Of a stretch of DNA of 64,000 bases, positions 43,506 through 53,385 are shown piece by piece. The DNA is from an uncultured Pseudomonadota bacterium (lineage in GTDB: Bacteria > Pseudomonadota > Gammaproteobacteria > Burkholderiales > Gallionellaceae), in contig CAVRYQ010000110.1 of the NCBI GenBank assembly GCA_963725375.1, positions 57,836 through 121,835 of the forward strand. The letters run 5' to 3'. Positions within the stretch are counted from its first letter, which is position 1. Each line of letters begins with the position of its first letter. The notes beneath the pieces were generated by a model, which was given only the letters and a program-made list of their open reading frames with translations, ran no database searches and had not been told where the DNA came from. Position numbers and translations under genes: made by a program.

Positions 43506-43570
43506 TAAACGCAAATTAACCATTTTTTAACGTTCAAATGACGAGTCTTTTACTAAGTCATTGCTAGTAT
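43506..43570 (+). promoter_or_regulatory. cyc2 promoter with phased OmpR/ColR-type direct repeats
   Basis: TTAAC 43516, TTAAC 43527, ATGAC 43538, TTTAC 43549 (11-bp period), plus TAAAC 43506; extended -10 TGcTAGTAT 43562-43570. Confidence 0.6.
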
Positions 43571-43684
43571 GGCCCGCAGCTTGTGCATGAAGTAGGGGAT
43601 TCATACCGTACAAGGCGTATCTGTTTTACTTGGCGTTTGGGAGCTTTTTCCTGAATGTTGATCAATCTCTGGAGGAGAATCGCA

Positions 43685-45010
43685 ATGAAGAAAATAGTAC
43701 TGTCTCTGGCAGGCGTGTTTGCAGCAGCCGCATTTGCACCTGAAGCATCTGCTGTTCCGGCCTTTGCACGTCAAACCGGCATGGCATGTAGCGCCTGTCA
43801 CCAGCAACACTTCCCGGCAATCAACTCGTTCGGTCGCGCTTTCAAGTCGGCTGGCTACACGATGGTAGGTTCCGAAGAGAAGATTGAGGATCCGAAAGGC
43901 GACACATCGCCCGGACTGTCCATTCCTTCCACTTTGAATGCAGCCATCGTTGGCTACATGCAGTATTCAAAGACCAACGGTCCGGCTGATGCGAATCCAC
44001 AGACTGCTAGAACATCCAATAGCGGTCAGTTGCAGATTCCTCAACAAGTGAGCTTGTTCGCGGGCGGACGCGTAGGCGAAAATATCGGCTTTGAGGCTGA
44101 GTACAGCATGTCCGGTGCTGGTACAGGGGTAGCTAATTCAGCGCTGATCAGGCTGAAAGTTCCGTTCGTGCAAAACTGGGATACCGTGAAGACCCTGGAA
44201 ATTCCGTTCAGCACCGCCAACGGCGTTGCCGACAGCTTTGAAATTCTGGATACCGGCGCTGTTAACGTACACACGTTCACGCAAAATGCGATGACTGTCG
44301 TTTCAGCCGCGCAGTACATCGGTACTGGAGCGTCGAACGCGAACGGCGTTGCATTTGTTGTAAACAACGACTCTTTCTTTGCAAACTTGGCGAAATACGG
44401 CGCAAACACCGGTACGGGCAGCTTCGGCGCGCCGTCGTCAAGCTATGCGCGTGCAGCCTGGATGACCGGCGATCTGATTCCGAATTATGACTTCGCGATC
44501 GGGGGTCAATACTGGGGTGGCACCAGTGTAAGTGATCTCATTGGTGCGGGTACAATGGTAGACACCAAGGCTTGGGCAATTGACGCGCAGTTGCTGGGTC
44601 AGCTCGGCACCATGCCTCTGACATTCATTGCGTCGTATGCGAATGCCCCGGTGGGAGCCAATGGTATGGGCAACATGTACAACAACGCCGGTGGTGTGGC
44701 TCAATTCTCCGCGAGCGCATTCACGGTTGGTGCTGAATTGGGTATCGTTCCGAATACCGCAACCGTTCAGGTCGGCATGCGTGTTGCCAAGAGTGGTCTG
44801 GATGCCGGAATGATGACAACGGGTACAGCCAACGGTGCGAACGCTTCCGACAATGCATTCATGCTGGGTGCTACTTATGCCTTCGCTCTGAACGTGCGTG
44901 CAGAACTGACCTACATCCACAACTCGGGTGATGTGTACAACTACTCTGGAAACAATACTAATGTCTACGGCACGAATGCTGTGATCGCAGACTTGGCATT
45001 TGGCTTCTAA
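43685..45010 (+). CDS. cyc2: Cyc2 fused monoheme cytochrome c-porin (putative Fe(II) oxidase)
   Basis: Signal peptide, then VPAFARQTGMACSACH..FP.IN.FGRAFK..GY Cyc2 signature; beta-barrel-like body ending in Phe; GGAGGA RBS. Confidence 0.9.
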   Translation: MKKIVLSLAGVFAAAAFAPEASAVPAFARQTGMACSACHQQHFPAINSFGRAFKSAGYTMVGSEEKIEDPKGDTSPGLSIPSTLNAAIVGYMQYSKTNGPADANPQTARTSNSGQLQIPQQVSLFAGGRVGENIGFEAEYSMSGAGTGVANSALIRLKVPFVQNWDTVKTLEIPFSTANGVADSFEILDTGAVNVHTFTQNAMTVVSAAQYIGTGASNANGVAFVVNNDSFFANLAKYGANTGTGSFGAPSSSYARAAWMTGDLIPNYDFAIGGQYWGGTSVSDLIGAGTMVDTKAWAIDAQLLGQLGTMPLTFIASYANAPVGANGMGNMYNNAGGVAQFSASAFTVGAELGIVPNTATVQVGMRVAKSGLDAGMMTTGTANGANASDNAFMLGATYAFALNVRAELTYIHNSGDVYNYSGNNTNVYGTNAVIADLAFGF

Positions 45011-45247
45011 TAGGCCCTGTTCTGATTGGCTATTCATCCGTTGCAAGCGTGAGTGTGCAACGGATGATGCAGGTCAGTTGAATCAAGATTGAAGGATTGG
45101 CGTTCCAGCACAAATCAAACAACTACCAAGCTACGTGGGTGAGTTGATGCCGGTTCGCGGTTTTCTGTGACAGGGGAGCGCAGGAGATTGCACCAGAGAG
45201 GGCGGGCACTCGGCTTATTGCACAAGGGCAAGTAGTGGAACCCAGAT

Positions 45248-45276
45248 TGGGGAGACTTTGGTCTCCCCATTTTTTT
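45248..45276 (+). terminator. Rho-independent terminator downstream of cyc2
   Basis: TGGGGAGAC-TTTG-GTCTCCCCA followed by T7. Confidence 0.85.
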
Positions 45277-45348
45277 GCCCTGGCTTCCAAAATTCCCGCT
45301 TGAAGTCAGGCTCGATTCTTTTTTTGTGCGGGCAAGGCAATAGGATGA

Positions 45349-48117
45349 TCAGCCGCTGTTGCGCAGACCGGTTGCGATGCCGTTGATGGTGAGATGGATC
45401 GCGCGCTTCACTTTTTCGTCCTTCTCGCCGGCGCGATGGCGGTGCAGCAGCGCGACCTGCAGGTGATTGAGCGGATCGATGTACGGAGTGCGCGTCAGCA
45501 GGCTGCGCGCGAAGGTGTGGTTGTCTTGGAGCAGGGTGGTGTTGCCGGTCACGGCGAATAGCATCTCGATGGTGGTTTCCCATTCGCTGTTGACCGCACC
45601 GTAGATACGATCGCGCAAAGCGACATCCTGTACCAGTTCCGCATAGCGCCGGGCAATACCCATGTCGCTCTTGGACAACACCATGTCCATGTTCGACATC
45701 ATGCCGCGGAAGAAGGGCCAATTCCGGTACATCGCCTGCAGTTGCTTGAGCCCGCCATCGCCTTCGCGCTCGATAAATTGCTTCACCGCGCTGCCGAAGC
45801 CGAACCAGCCCGGCAACATCATGCGACTCAGGCCCCAACTGAATACCCAGGGAATCGCGCGCAGGTCTTCGATGCGGTCGGAGGCCTTGCGCGAGGAAGG
45901 ACGGCTGCCGATGTTGAGTTCCGCGATCTCGCGGATCGGCGTTGCGGCGAAGAAGAATTCGGTGAAGCCGGGTGTCTCATATACCAGCTTGCGATAGGCA
46001 ACGAACGCGTCCAGGCTCAGGGCTTCCATGATGCGGTGATATTCCGGCATGGTGCTGTCGGCCCCGTGATGATGCAGCAGCGTGGCCTCCATGGTCGCGG
46101 CGACCAGCGTTTCCAGGTTGCGCCGCCCGATCTCCGGATTGGAGTATTTGCTGGCGATCACTTCGCCCTGTTCGGTGATGCGTATCTGTCCGTTAACGCT
46201 GCCCGGCGGCTGGGCCAGGATGGCGTCGTAGCTGGGGCCGCCGCCGCGACCCACGGTGCCGCCGCGACCATGGAACAGGCGCAGCTCGATGCCGTGCTTG
46301 TCGAATACCTTTACCAGTTCGACTTCGGCCTTGTACAACTCCCAGTTGGCGGTGAGGTAGCCGCCGTCCTTGTTGCTGTCCGAGTAGCCCAGCATCACTT
46401 CCTGCGTGTCCTTGCGGCTCGCCAGCACCGTGCGATACCAGGGGATGGAAAACAGCTCGTCCATGATGGCCGCGCCGCCGCGCAGGTCTTCTATGGTTTC
46501 GAACAGCGGGATGATGTTGACGTGCAGCGTCTCACCACCTTCAAGCAAACCCACCTGCTGCAACATCAGCGCGACTTCCAGTATGTCGCTGACCGCATCG
46601 GCCTTGGAAATGATGTGGTTGGGCAGCGCGTTATGGCCAAAGCGCTTGTGGATGGTTGCGGCGGCTTGCATGATGCGCAGCTCGCTCTGGGGAATGTCGG
46701 AATAGCGTGCGATGTCGCCGAGCAGAATCTTGTTGGCCTGCAACGCATCCAGCAGGACCTGGCGCTTCGCCATTTCGTCGAGGTCGGCGTAGTCCGCCTT
46801 CCCGGAGCTGTGGGAAAACAGCTCACCCACGGTCTGTTCGAGGATGGCACTGTGCTGGCGCATGTCCAGCGGAGCAAGATAGAAACCGAACAGTTCGGCG
46901 GCACGACGCAGGTTGGCAAGCCGACCGCGAGCAAGATAGACCGCACCATGCCTGAATAGCGAATCGATCATTACATCGAGATCGGCAATGAATTCCTGCG
47001 AACTGGCATAAGGTCGCGCGTGTTTGTCCACGGGCGACAGGTAGGAAAGATTGTGGCCGAGCCCGATGGCGGTGGCCGACAGGCGCGAGTAGATCAGTAT
47101 CAGTGCACGGCGGTAGGGTTCGTCGTCGCGCGCAGAAGCCTTGTCTGGAGAAGCGTCCGACAGCTTGCGCATCTCGGGCGTGATCTCGACCAGGCGGTCG
47201 GTCAGGCTCAGGCGCGTGCCAAGGAGGTGTGCTTCCTTCAGGTAAAATTCGAAGGCCAGCGCGGAGTGCTCCTGCACGGCGTCCGTCATTACATCGTGCG
47301 TGACGAACGGGTTGCCGTCGCGATCGCCGCCGATCCAGCTACCGACCCGCAACAACGGCGGTACCTTGATGTCCTTGTCGAAGCGCGATTCGAGTTGCTT
47401 CTCAAGGTTTGCATAAAGCTTGGGCAGCTCGGACAGAAAGGTGTAGCGGTAGTACTCAAGACCGTTGCGAATTTCGTCGCGCACGTTCAGCTTGGCGGTG
47501 CGCAACATACGCGTTTGCCACAAGATCAGAATAAAGCGATGCAATGCTTCCTCGTTCTCGGCGAGGTCGTCCGGCGTCATGTCCACGCGGTCGCGACTGG
47601 AAAGCAAACTGGAGATGATGAGCTGGCAATCGAGGATGCTCTTGCGTTGCACCTCGGTGGGATGCGCGGTCAATACCGGCGAAACCAGCGCGTTGTCCAG
47701 AAAAGCCTGCAGTGTTTTCTTGTCGAAATTCCTTTCCTGGAGGCGATCCAGCGCCAATTGCAGCGTGCCGTCCTTGGGCGGGCTACCTGCCTTCAGGTGG
47801 GCGCGGTGGCGGCGATTGTGATGCAGATCCTCGGCAATGTTGGAAAGCTGCGAAAAATAGCTGAAGGCGCGCACCACGGCCAGTGTTTCGCCGGGCGCGA
47901 GCGCGTCCAGCATCTGTTCGAGGGTCTCGCCGTCGCGCTCGTCCCGGGTCTTGCGGAAACGTACTGCGGCACGGCGCACGTTCTCGACCAACTGAAAGGT
48001 TTCTTCGCCCTCTTGTTCGCGCAGGGTGTCGCCAAGGATGCGGCCCAGGAGGCGCACGTCGTCGCGCAGGGGCAGGTCTTTGCTGGAGATGTCGGCTGGT
48101 GCGGAGATCAGGTTCAT
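45349..48117 (-). CDS. ppc: Phosphoenolpyruvate carboxylase
   Basis: VLTAHPTE, SWIGGDRDGNP, VMLGYSDSNKDGG, FHGRGGTVGRGG, LRNSG end. Confidence 0.97.
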   Translation of the reverse strand: MNLISAPADISSKDLPLRDDVRLLGRILGDTLREQEGEETFQLVENVRRAAVRFRKTRDERDGETLEQMLDALAPGETLAVVRAFSYFSQLSNIAEDLHHNRRHRAHLKAGSPPKDGTLQLALDRLQERNFDKKTLQAFLDNALVSPVLTAHPTEVQRKSILDCQLIISSLLSSRDRVDMTPDDLAENEEALHRFILILWQTRMLRTAKLNVRDEIRNGLEYYRYTFLSELPKLYANLEKQLESRFDKDIKVPPLLRVGSWIGGDRDGNPFVTHDVMTDAVQEHSALAFEFYLKEAHLLGTRLSLTDRLVEITPEMRKLSDASPDKASARDDEPYRRALILIYSRLSATAIGLGHNLSYLSPVDKHARPYASSQEFIADLDVMIDSLFRHGAVYLARGRLANLRRAAELFGFYLAPLDMRQHSAILEQTVGELFSHSSGKADYADLDEMAKRQVLLDALQANKILLGDIARYSDIPQSELRIMQAAATIHKRFGHNALPNHIISKADAVSDILEVALMLQQVGLLEGGETLHVNIIPLFETIEDLRGGAAIMDELFSIPWYRTVLASRKDTQEVMLGYSDSNKDGGYLTANWELYKAEVELVKVFDKHGIELRLFHGRGGTVGRGGGPSYDAILAQPPGSVNGQIRITEQGEVIASKYSNPEIGRRNLETLVAATMEATLLHHHGADSTMPEYHRIMEALSLDAFVAYRKLVYETPGFTEFFFAATPIREIAELNIGSRPSSRKASDRIEDLRAIPWVFSWGLSRMMLPGWFGFGSAVKQFIEREGDGGLKQLQAMYRNWPFFRGMMSNMDMVLSKSDMGIARRYAELVQDVALRDRIYGAVNSEWETTIEMLFAVTGNTTLLQDNHTFARSLLTRTPYIDPLNHLQVALLHRHRAGEKDEKVKRAIHLTINGIATGLRNSG

Positions 48118-48216
48118 TTTTTCAGGGTGTGTCGACGGCGCAAAAGGACGGCGCACCTGTTAGAATGCGCCGCTCGTTAACCGCATAAATTTAGCCACGA
48201 ATTTCAGGAAACCAAG

Positions 48217-49161
48217 ATGACTCAGGCTTCGCTCATTCCTCCAACCCGTCTGGTGATCGCTTCGCGCGAAAGCGCGTTGGCCATGTGGCAAGCGGAACAC
48301 ATACGCGACAGGTTGCGCGCATTATACCCGCAAACTTCCGTCAGTATCTTGGGCATGACCACGCAGGGCGACCAGATACTGGATGTGACGCTGTCCAAGA
48401 TCGGCGGCAAGGGCCTGTTCGTGAAGGAACTGGAGACTGCGCTGGAAAACGGCAGTGCAGATATCGCGGTGCATTCGCTGAAGGACGTCCCGATGAATTT
48501 GCCGGAGGGCTTTGTACTGGCATGCATCGGGGAGCGCGAAGACCCGCGCGACGCGTTCGTTTCCAACAAGTATGACAACCTCGCTGCGTTGCCTGCGGGC
48601 AGTGTGGTGGGAACTTCCAGCCTGCGCCGCGAAAGCCAATTGCGCACACGTTTCCCGCACTTGAAGATCGAGCCCCTGCGCGGCAATGTGCAGACCCGCT
48701 TGCGCAAGCTGGACGAAGGCCAGTACGCCGCTATCATTCTTGCCGCCGCCGGACTGAAACGCCTGGGTCTGGGCGAGCGCATCCGTACCGTGATTTCCAG
48801 CGACGACAGCCTGCCGGCCGTGGGCCAGGGTGCGCTGGGCATCGAGACGCTCGCCGGTCGTGCTGATCTGGCCGCCGTGCTGGCGCCGCTGCACCATGCG
48901 GATACCGCTGCCTGCGTGCTGGCGGAGCGTGCCATGAGCCGCGCGCTGGCGGGCAGTTGCCAGGTGCCGCTGGGCGGGTTTGCCGAAGTGCAAGCCGGCA
49001 GGCTGCGTATGCGCGGTTTCGTCGCAACTCCGGACGGCTCCCGCTTGCTGCGTGCCGAACATAGCGGCGACATGGCTGATCCCGAGGCGCTGGGCGAAAT
49101 CGTCGCACAAGATTTGCTCAGGCAAGGCGCAGGCGAAATTCTTGCAGCGCTGTCTTTGTAA
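48217..49161 (+). CDS. hemC: Hydroxymethylbilane synthase
   Basis: [37 protein letters not shown]. Confidence 0.97.
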   Translation: MTQASLIPPTRLVIASRESALAMWQAEHIRDRLRALYPQTSVSILGMTTQGDQILDVTLSKIGGKGLFVKELETALENGSADIAVHSLKDVPMNLPEGFVLACIGEREDPRDAFVSNKYDNLAALPAGSVVGTSSLRRESQLRTRFPHLKIEPLRGNVQTRLRKLDEGQYAAIILAAAGLKRLGLGERIRTVISSDDSLPAVGQGALGIETLAGRADLAAVLAPLHHADTAACVLAERAMSRALAGSCQVPLGGFAEVQAGRLRMRGFVATPDGSRLLRAEHSGDMADPEALGEIVAQDLLRQGAGEILAALSL

Positions 49162-49173
49162 ACGACAAGGGAC

Positions 49174-49255
49174 TTCATGCTACAGAGGTCACAGCGTGCA
49201 CAGGGGAAATATTCAACCGATGCAGGTTGTCTCCGTGTTCACCGTGGCATATGAA
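49174..49255. repeat. Nonamer-based palindromic element between hemC and hemD
   Basis: TACAGAG-GT-CACAGCG-TG-CACAGGG ... CTCCGTG-TT-CACCGTG-GC with TTCAT/ATGAA ends. Confidence 0.6.
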
Positions 49256-49258
49256 TTT

Positions 49259-50029
49259 ATGGCTTCCAGCCTGCCACTCGCCGGACTCAACATCGTCATC
49301 ACGCGTCCGCGTGAACAGGCGGTTGAACTGGCGCTGCGTATCGAACAGCTCGGCGCCAATGCGCTGCTGTTTCCGTTGCTGGAAATAGAACCAGTCCGCG
49401 ATGAGCAACGGTTGCGCGAACAAATTTCCCGCTTGAAGCAGGCCGATATTGCGATTTTCATCAGCCCGAACGCGGTGCGCCACGGCATGGCCGCCATAGA
49501 GGCCGCGGGCGGAATCCCCTCTGCGGTGCGGGTTGCCGCCGTCGGTCAGGCCAGTGCGCAGGCGCTGAGCACGTTGAGCATGGCTGGCGTTATTGCCCCG
49601 ACACAGCGCTTTGACAGTGAAGCCGTGCTGGCGCTGGCGGAAATGCAATCCGTCGCGGGAAAGCGCGTGATGATCTTTCGCGGCGACGGCGGACGCGAGC
49701 TGCTGGGCGACACGCTCACGGCGCGCGGCGCACGGGTGGAATATGTCGCCTGCTATCTCCGCCGAAAACCGGACATGAACGTCAGCCGGATGATTGCTGC
49801 GGCACCCTCCGCGATCAGCGTGACCAGCAGCGAAGCATTGAATCATTTGTGGGACATGCCGGGCGATACGGAGAGGACGGCACTTGCAGGCATGCCGCTG
49901 TTCGTGCCGCACCAGCGGATCGCAACATTGGCAGTGCAGCAGGGTTGGCACAATGTTGTCGTGACGGGATCCGGGGATGACGGACTGTTGTCGGGTTTGG
50001 TAGCATGGGCAGACACAAAACGGAAATAA
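49259..50029 (+). CDS. hemD: Uroporphyrinogen-III synthase
   Basis: VITRP, FISPNAV, FDSE, RGDGGRELL, VTSSE. Confidence 0.9.
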   Translation: MASSLPLAGLNIVITRPREQAVELALRIEQLGANALLFPLLEIEPVRDEQRLREQISRLKQADIAIFISPNAVRHGMAAIEAAGGIPSAVRVAAVGQASAQALSTLSMAGVIAPTQRFDSEAVLALAEMQSVAGKRVMIFRGDGGRELLGDTLTARGARVEYVACYLRRKPDMNVSRMIAAAPSAISVTSSEALNHLWDMPGDTERTALAGMPLFVPHQRIATLAVQQGWHNVVVTGSGDDGLLSGLVAWADTKRK

Positions 50030-50033
50030 CGCG

Positions 50034-51122
50034 ATGAACGACCCACAGCAAAGCGCCTCTGCCGACAATTCCGGACCAACACCGGCCCCGGCAACAAGCG
50101 TCGGCGCGCCGCATGCCCCGCGCGGCAACCGAACCGGGGATTTCCTTGCTCGGGTGACGCTGACGCAGTTGACCCTGGCAGTGCTGGTGGTGATCTTTGT
50201 CTGGCAGTGGCTGGACGCACATTCCAGGCTCAACCAGATGCAGCAGGAAGTCGCGCAACGTCTGGCCGAGGTGGAAGCAGCCAACAAGGCCAACCAGATG
50301 CTGGTGGCACAGAATCAGGAAGTGGTACGCGAACTCGGTGGCAAGCTCAGCCTGCTTGAAAGCAAATACGCGGAGACCCAGAGCCAGCGTGCGGCACTCG
50401 AATCCCTGTACCAGGAAATGTCGAGCAGCCGCGACCAGACCGCACTGGCGGAAGCCGAGCAGATGGTGCTGATTGCGGGGCAGCAACTGCAACTGTCTGC
50501 CAACGTGAAGGCGGCCCTGATCGCCATGCAACAGGCCGAGAGTCGCTTGCAACGGCCGGCGTTCGCCACACTGAAGAAGCGCATCGGACAGGATATCGAA
50601 AAGCTGCGCGCACTTCCGAATGTCGACGTCCCGGATATCAATCTGCGCCTGGACGGAGTGGCGGGTGTAGTGGACAGCTTGCCGATGCTACAGGATACGC
50701 ATATCCATCCGACAAAGCCGGTAGCAGACGTCACTCCCAACGAGGGGGTGTGGAGGCGGTTCTGGGATGAAATGTGGCAAGAGGCCAGGAGCATGGTGCG
50801 CATCGAGAATACCGAGCGTCAGGAACTGCCTTTGCTGGCGCCGACACAGACCTTCTTCCTGCGCGAAAATCTGAAGCTGCGATTGCTGTCAGCCCACATG
50901 GCCTTGCTGGCGCACGACCAGGTCAGCTTCCGCCGCGACCTCAAGGTTTCGCAGGATTGGCTCAGACGCTATTTTGATGTCAAGTCAGGTGATGGCGCCC
51001 AAGCGCTCGGCACATTGCAGAAACTGGCCGCTTCCAGCATCGTCATCGATCTCCCGGATGTCAGCGGCAGCCTGGAAGCGGTGCGCAATTATCGGATTTC
51101 GCATGAGGGCAATGTGCGATGA
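50034..51122 (+). CDS. hemX: HemX membrane protein
   Basis: Single TM helix, coiled coil, LLAP.Q.FFLRENLKLRLL; position after hemD. Confidence 0.85.
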   Translation: MNDPQQSASADNSGPTPAPATSVGAPHAPRGNRTGDFLARVTLTQLTLAVLVVIFVWQWLDAHSRLNQMQQEVAQRLAEVEAANKANQMLVAQNQEVVRELGGKLSLLESKYAETQSQRAALESLYQEMSSSRDQTALAEAEQMVLIAGQQLQLSANVKAALIAMQQAESRLQRPAFATLKKRIGQDIEKLRALPNVDVPDINLRLDGVAGVVDSLPMLQDTHIHPTKPVADVTPNEGVWRRFWDEMWQEARSMVRIENTERQELPLLAPTQTFFLRENLKLRLLSAHMALLAHDQVSFRRDLKVSQDWLRRYFDVKSGDGAQALGTLQKLAASSIVIDLPDVSGSLEAVRNYRISHEGNVR

Positions 51123-52279
51123 AAGGCCTGCTATGGTTGCTCGGGTTGTTTGCTGCGGCAGTTGCGGTCACGCTGGCCGCGCACAATCCGGGTTATGTGC
51201 AACTGGTATATCCGCCCTACCGGATGGAGATTTCGCTGACCCTGTTCGTGTTCGCCTTGCTTGCTGCCTTTGTCCTGGGATATTTGCTCGTGCGCCTAGC
51301 GACCGTGGCGATGAGATTGCCGACACAGGTACGCGTCTTCCGGGAAGAACGCGCTGCCAGCAAGGGACGGACTGCCATGATGGAATCGCTCAAGGCCTAT
51401 TTCGAAGGGCGCTTCGCGGCTGCGGAGAAGGCTGCCGTGCGGGCCATGGAGCTGGGCGAAAAATCAGGACTCAATTCCATTGTCGCCGCCCGTGCGGCGC
51501 ACGAGTTGCGCGAATTTGAACGTCGCGATGCCTATCTCGCCAGCGGCGAAGGCAAGACCGTGGGTGAAGCAACCATGCGCCTGATCGCGAAGACCGAATT
51601 CATGCTCGATCAGAAGCAGCCCCAATCGGCGCTGAGTTCGCTGAAGGAATTGAATGATACTGGCATGCACAGGCATATCGGCGCCTTGAGCCTGGAGCTG
51701 AAAGCGCAGCAGCAGGCACATAACTGGGATGCCGTGCTGGAAGTGGTGGCGCAATTGGAGAAACGCAATGCGATCGACAAGGTCATCGCTGCCCAATTGC
51801 GGCAACAAGCCTGGCTGGAAAAGCTGCGCAGCCAGGGAACGGACCTTACGTCCCTGCGCACGATATGGAAATCCATCCCCGTCGAATTCAAGCATCGCGC
51901 GCGCATCGCCGCCGCTGCCGCTGAAGCCTTCAACCGCCTGGGCGAGTGCAGGAGTGCGGTGCAACTGCTGACGGACAGCCTGAATGCGCAATGGGACAGC
52001 GAACTGGTTGCCCTGTACGGCGAATGCCGCAACGACAACAATGTCGCGCAGATCGAGCAGGCGGAAGGCTGGCTGAAACAGCATAACGACGATGCGGGGC
52101 TGTTGCTTGCATTGGGCAAGCTCTGCATGCACCAGCAATTGTGGGGAAAAGCACAGAGCTATCTGGATGCCAGCCTCAGCCTGGAGTCCAGCCGGGCCGC
52201 CTATACGGCGCTTGGACAGCTCGCCGAAAGACTGGGCAAGCACGAAGAAGCAATCGCCTATTTCCAGAAAGCGGCCTAG
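51119..52279 (+). CDS. hemY: HemY (HemY_N/TPR) protein
   Basis: N-terminal TMs with GYV, TPRs, LWGKAQSYL..SL. Confidence 0.85.
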   Translation: MKGLLWLLGLFAAAVAVTLAAHNPGYVQLVYPPYRMEISLTLFVFALLAAFVLGYLLVRLATVAMRLPTQVRVFREERAASKGRTAMMESLKAYFEGRFAAAEKAAVRAMELGEKSGLNSIVAARAAHELREFERRDAYLASGEGKTVGEATMRLIAKTEFMLDQKQPQSALSSLKELNDTGMHRHIGALSLELKAQQQAHNWDAVLEVVAQLEKRNAIDKVIAAQLRQQAWLEKLRSQGTDLTSLRTIWKSIPVEFKHRARIAAAAAEAFNRLGECRSAVQLLTDSLNAQWDSELVALYGECRNDNNVAQIEQAEGWLKQHNDDAGLLLALGKLCMHQQLWGKAQSYLDASLSLESSRAAYTALGQLAERLGKHEEAIAYFQKAA

Positions 52280-52334
52280 CGGCGCGATTCAGCCGTCAAG
52301 ACTGCAATCACGAAAGGCAGCCCGACTGTCCGGA

Positions 52335-53336
52335 TCAGGTCTTCGGCACGAAAGTAAACGCATCCGAATAAAACGCATCGTCAGGCAGGCCGCGCTGCGA
52401 CGTGAATTCGCGGTGCGCCGTTTCCACCACAACCGGCGCGCCGCAGGCGTATACCGCAAAGCCCGACAGATCGCTGAAATCGTCCAGCACCGCCTGATGC
52501 ACGAATCCCGTGCGACCGTTCCAGGGTTCGTCGGAAACGACGGGCGTGAATCTGATGCCTTGCGCTTCCCATTCGCGCGCCTTGTCCAGCATGTAGAAAT
52601 CGGACTGTTTGCGCACCCCCCAGTAGAAGTGCATCTCGCGCTTGAAGCCGATATGCAGCGCATGTTCGATGATTGCCTTGACCGGCGCGAAGCCGGTGCC
52701 GCTGGCAACAAAGATGATGGGTCTGGGCGAGTCTTCATGCAGAAAGAAACTGCCGAGCGGGCCTTTGATGCGCAGGATGTCGCGCACTTTCATGGTGTTG
52801 AACACGTGGTGCGTGAAGGCACCCCCGGTGATGTTGCGCACATGCAGCTCGAGCAGCTCGTCCGCGTGCGGTGCGTTTGCCAGCGAGAAACTGCGCGGCT
52901 TGCCTTCCTTCTGCAGGATGTCGATGTACTGCCCCGAAAGGAATTGCAGGCGCTCGTTGGTCGGCAGCTTCAGGTAAAGCGCCATCACATCATCGGTCAG
53001 TTTTTCCATCCTTTCGACGCGGCAGGGCAGGGTTTTTACCAGGATTTCCTGCGCGGTCGTCACTTCGTGGCTTTCGATCACCAGATTTGAAAGTGGCCTG
53101 GCACAGCAGATCAGCGCGAACCCGGCGCCCTTTTCCTCTTCGCTCAGCACAAAAGCCTGCGCGTTGCCGTAATCCACCGATCCCTGAAGGATTTTGCTTT
53201 TGCACACGCCGCATGCGCCATTGCGGCAGCTATACGGTAGCGCATAACCCTGTTCCAGGGCAGCTTCCAGTATGGTTTCATTTTCATCCACGGGGAACGA
53301 ATGGTTGCTAGGCAGAATCGTGGTCTTGAAACTCAT
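52335..53336 (-). CDS. 2Fe-2S/FAD/NAD oxidoreductase (CDP-6-deoxy-delta-3,4-glucoseen reductase-like)
   Basis: CRNGACGVC, RSFSLAN, GTGFAP, YACG. Confidence 0.85.
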   Translation of the reverse strand: MSFKTTILPSNHSFPVDENETILEAALEQGYALPYSCRNGACGVCKSKILQGSVDYGNAQAFVLSEEEKGAGFALICCARPLSNLVIESHEVTTAQEILVKTLPCRVERMEKLTDDVMALYLKLPTNERLQFLSGQYIDILQKEGKPRSFSLANAPHADELLELHVRNITGGAFTHHVFNTMKVRDILRIKGPLGSFFLHEDSPRPIIFVASGTGFAPVKAIIEHALHIGFKREMHFYWGVRKQSDFYMLDKAREWEAQGIRFTPVVSDEPWNGRTGFVHQAVLDDFSDLSGFAVYACGAPVVVETAHREFTSQRGLPDDAFYSDAFTFVPKT

Positions 53337-53385
53337 GGGACTGTCCGGTTGAATAAAGGCCGCGATTTTAACGCATAATGAGCGC

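Noticed and set aside
43685-45010. Lower GC of cyc2 as evidence of recent horizontal transfer
   Set aside because: The bias looks like high-expression codon usage shared with groEL; no mobility signatures.
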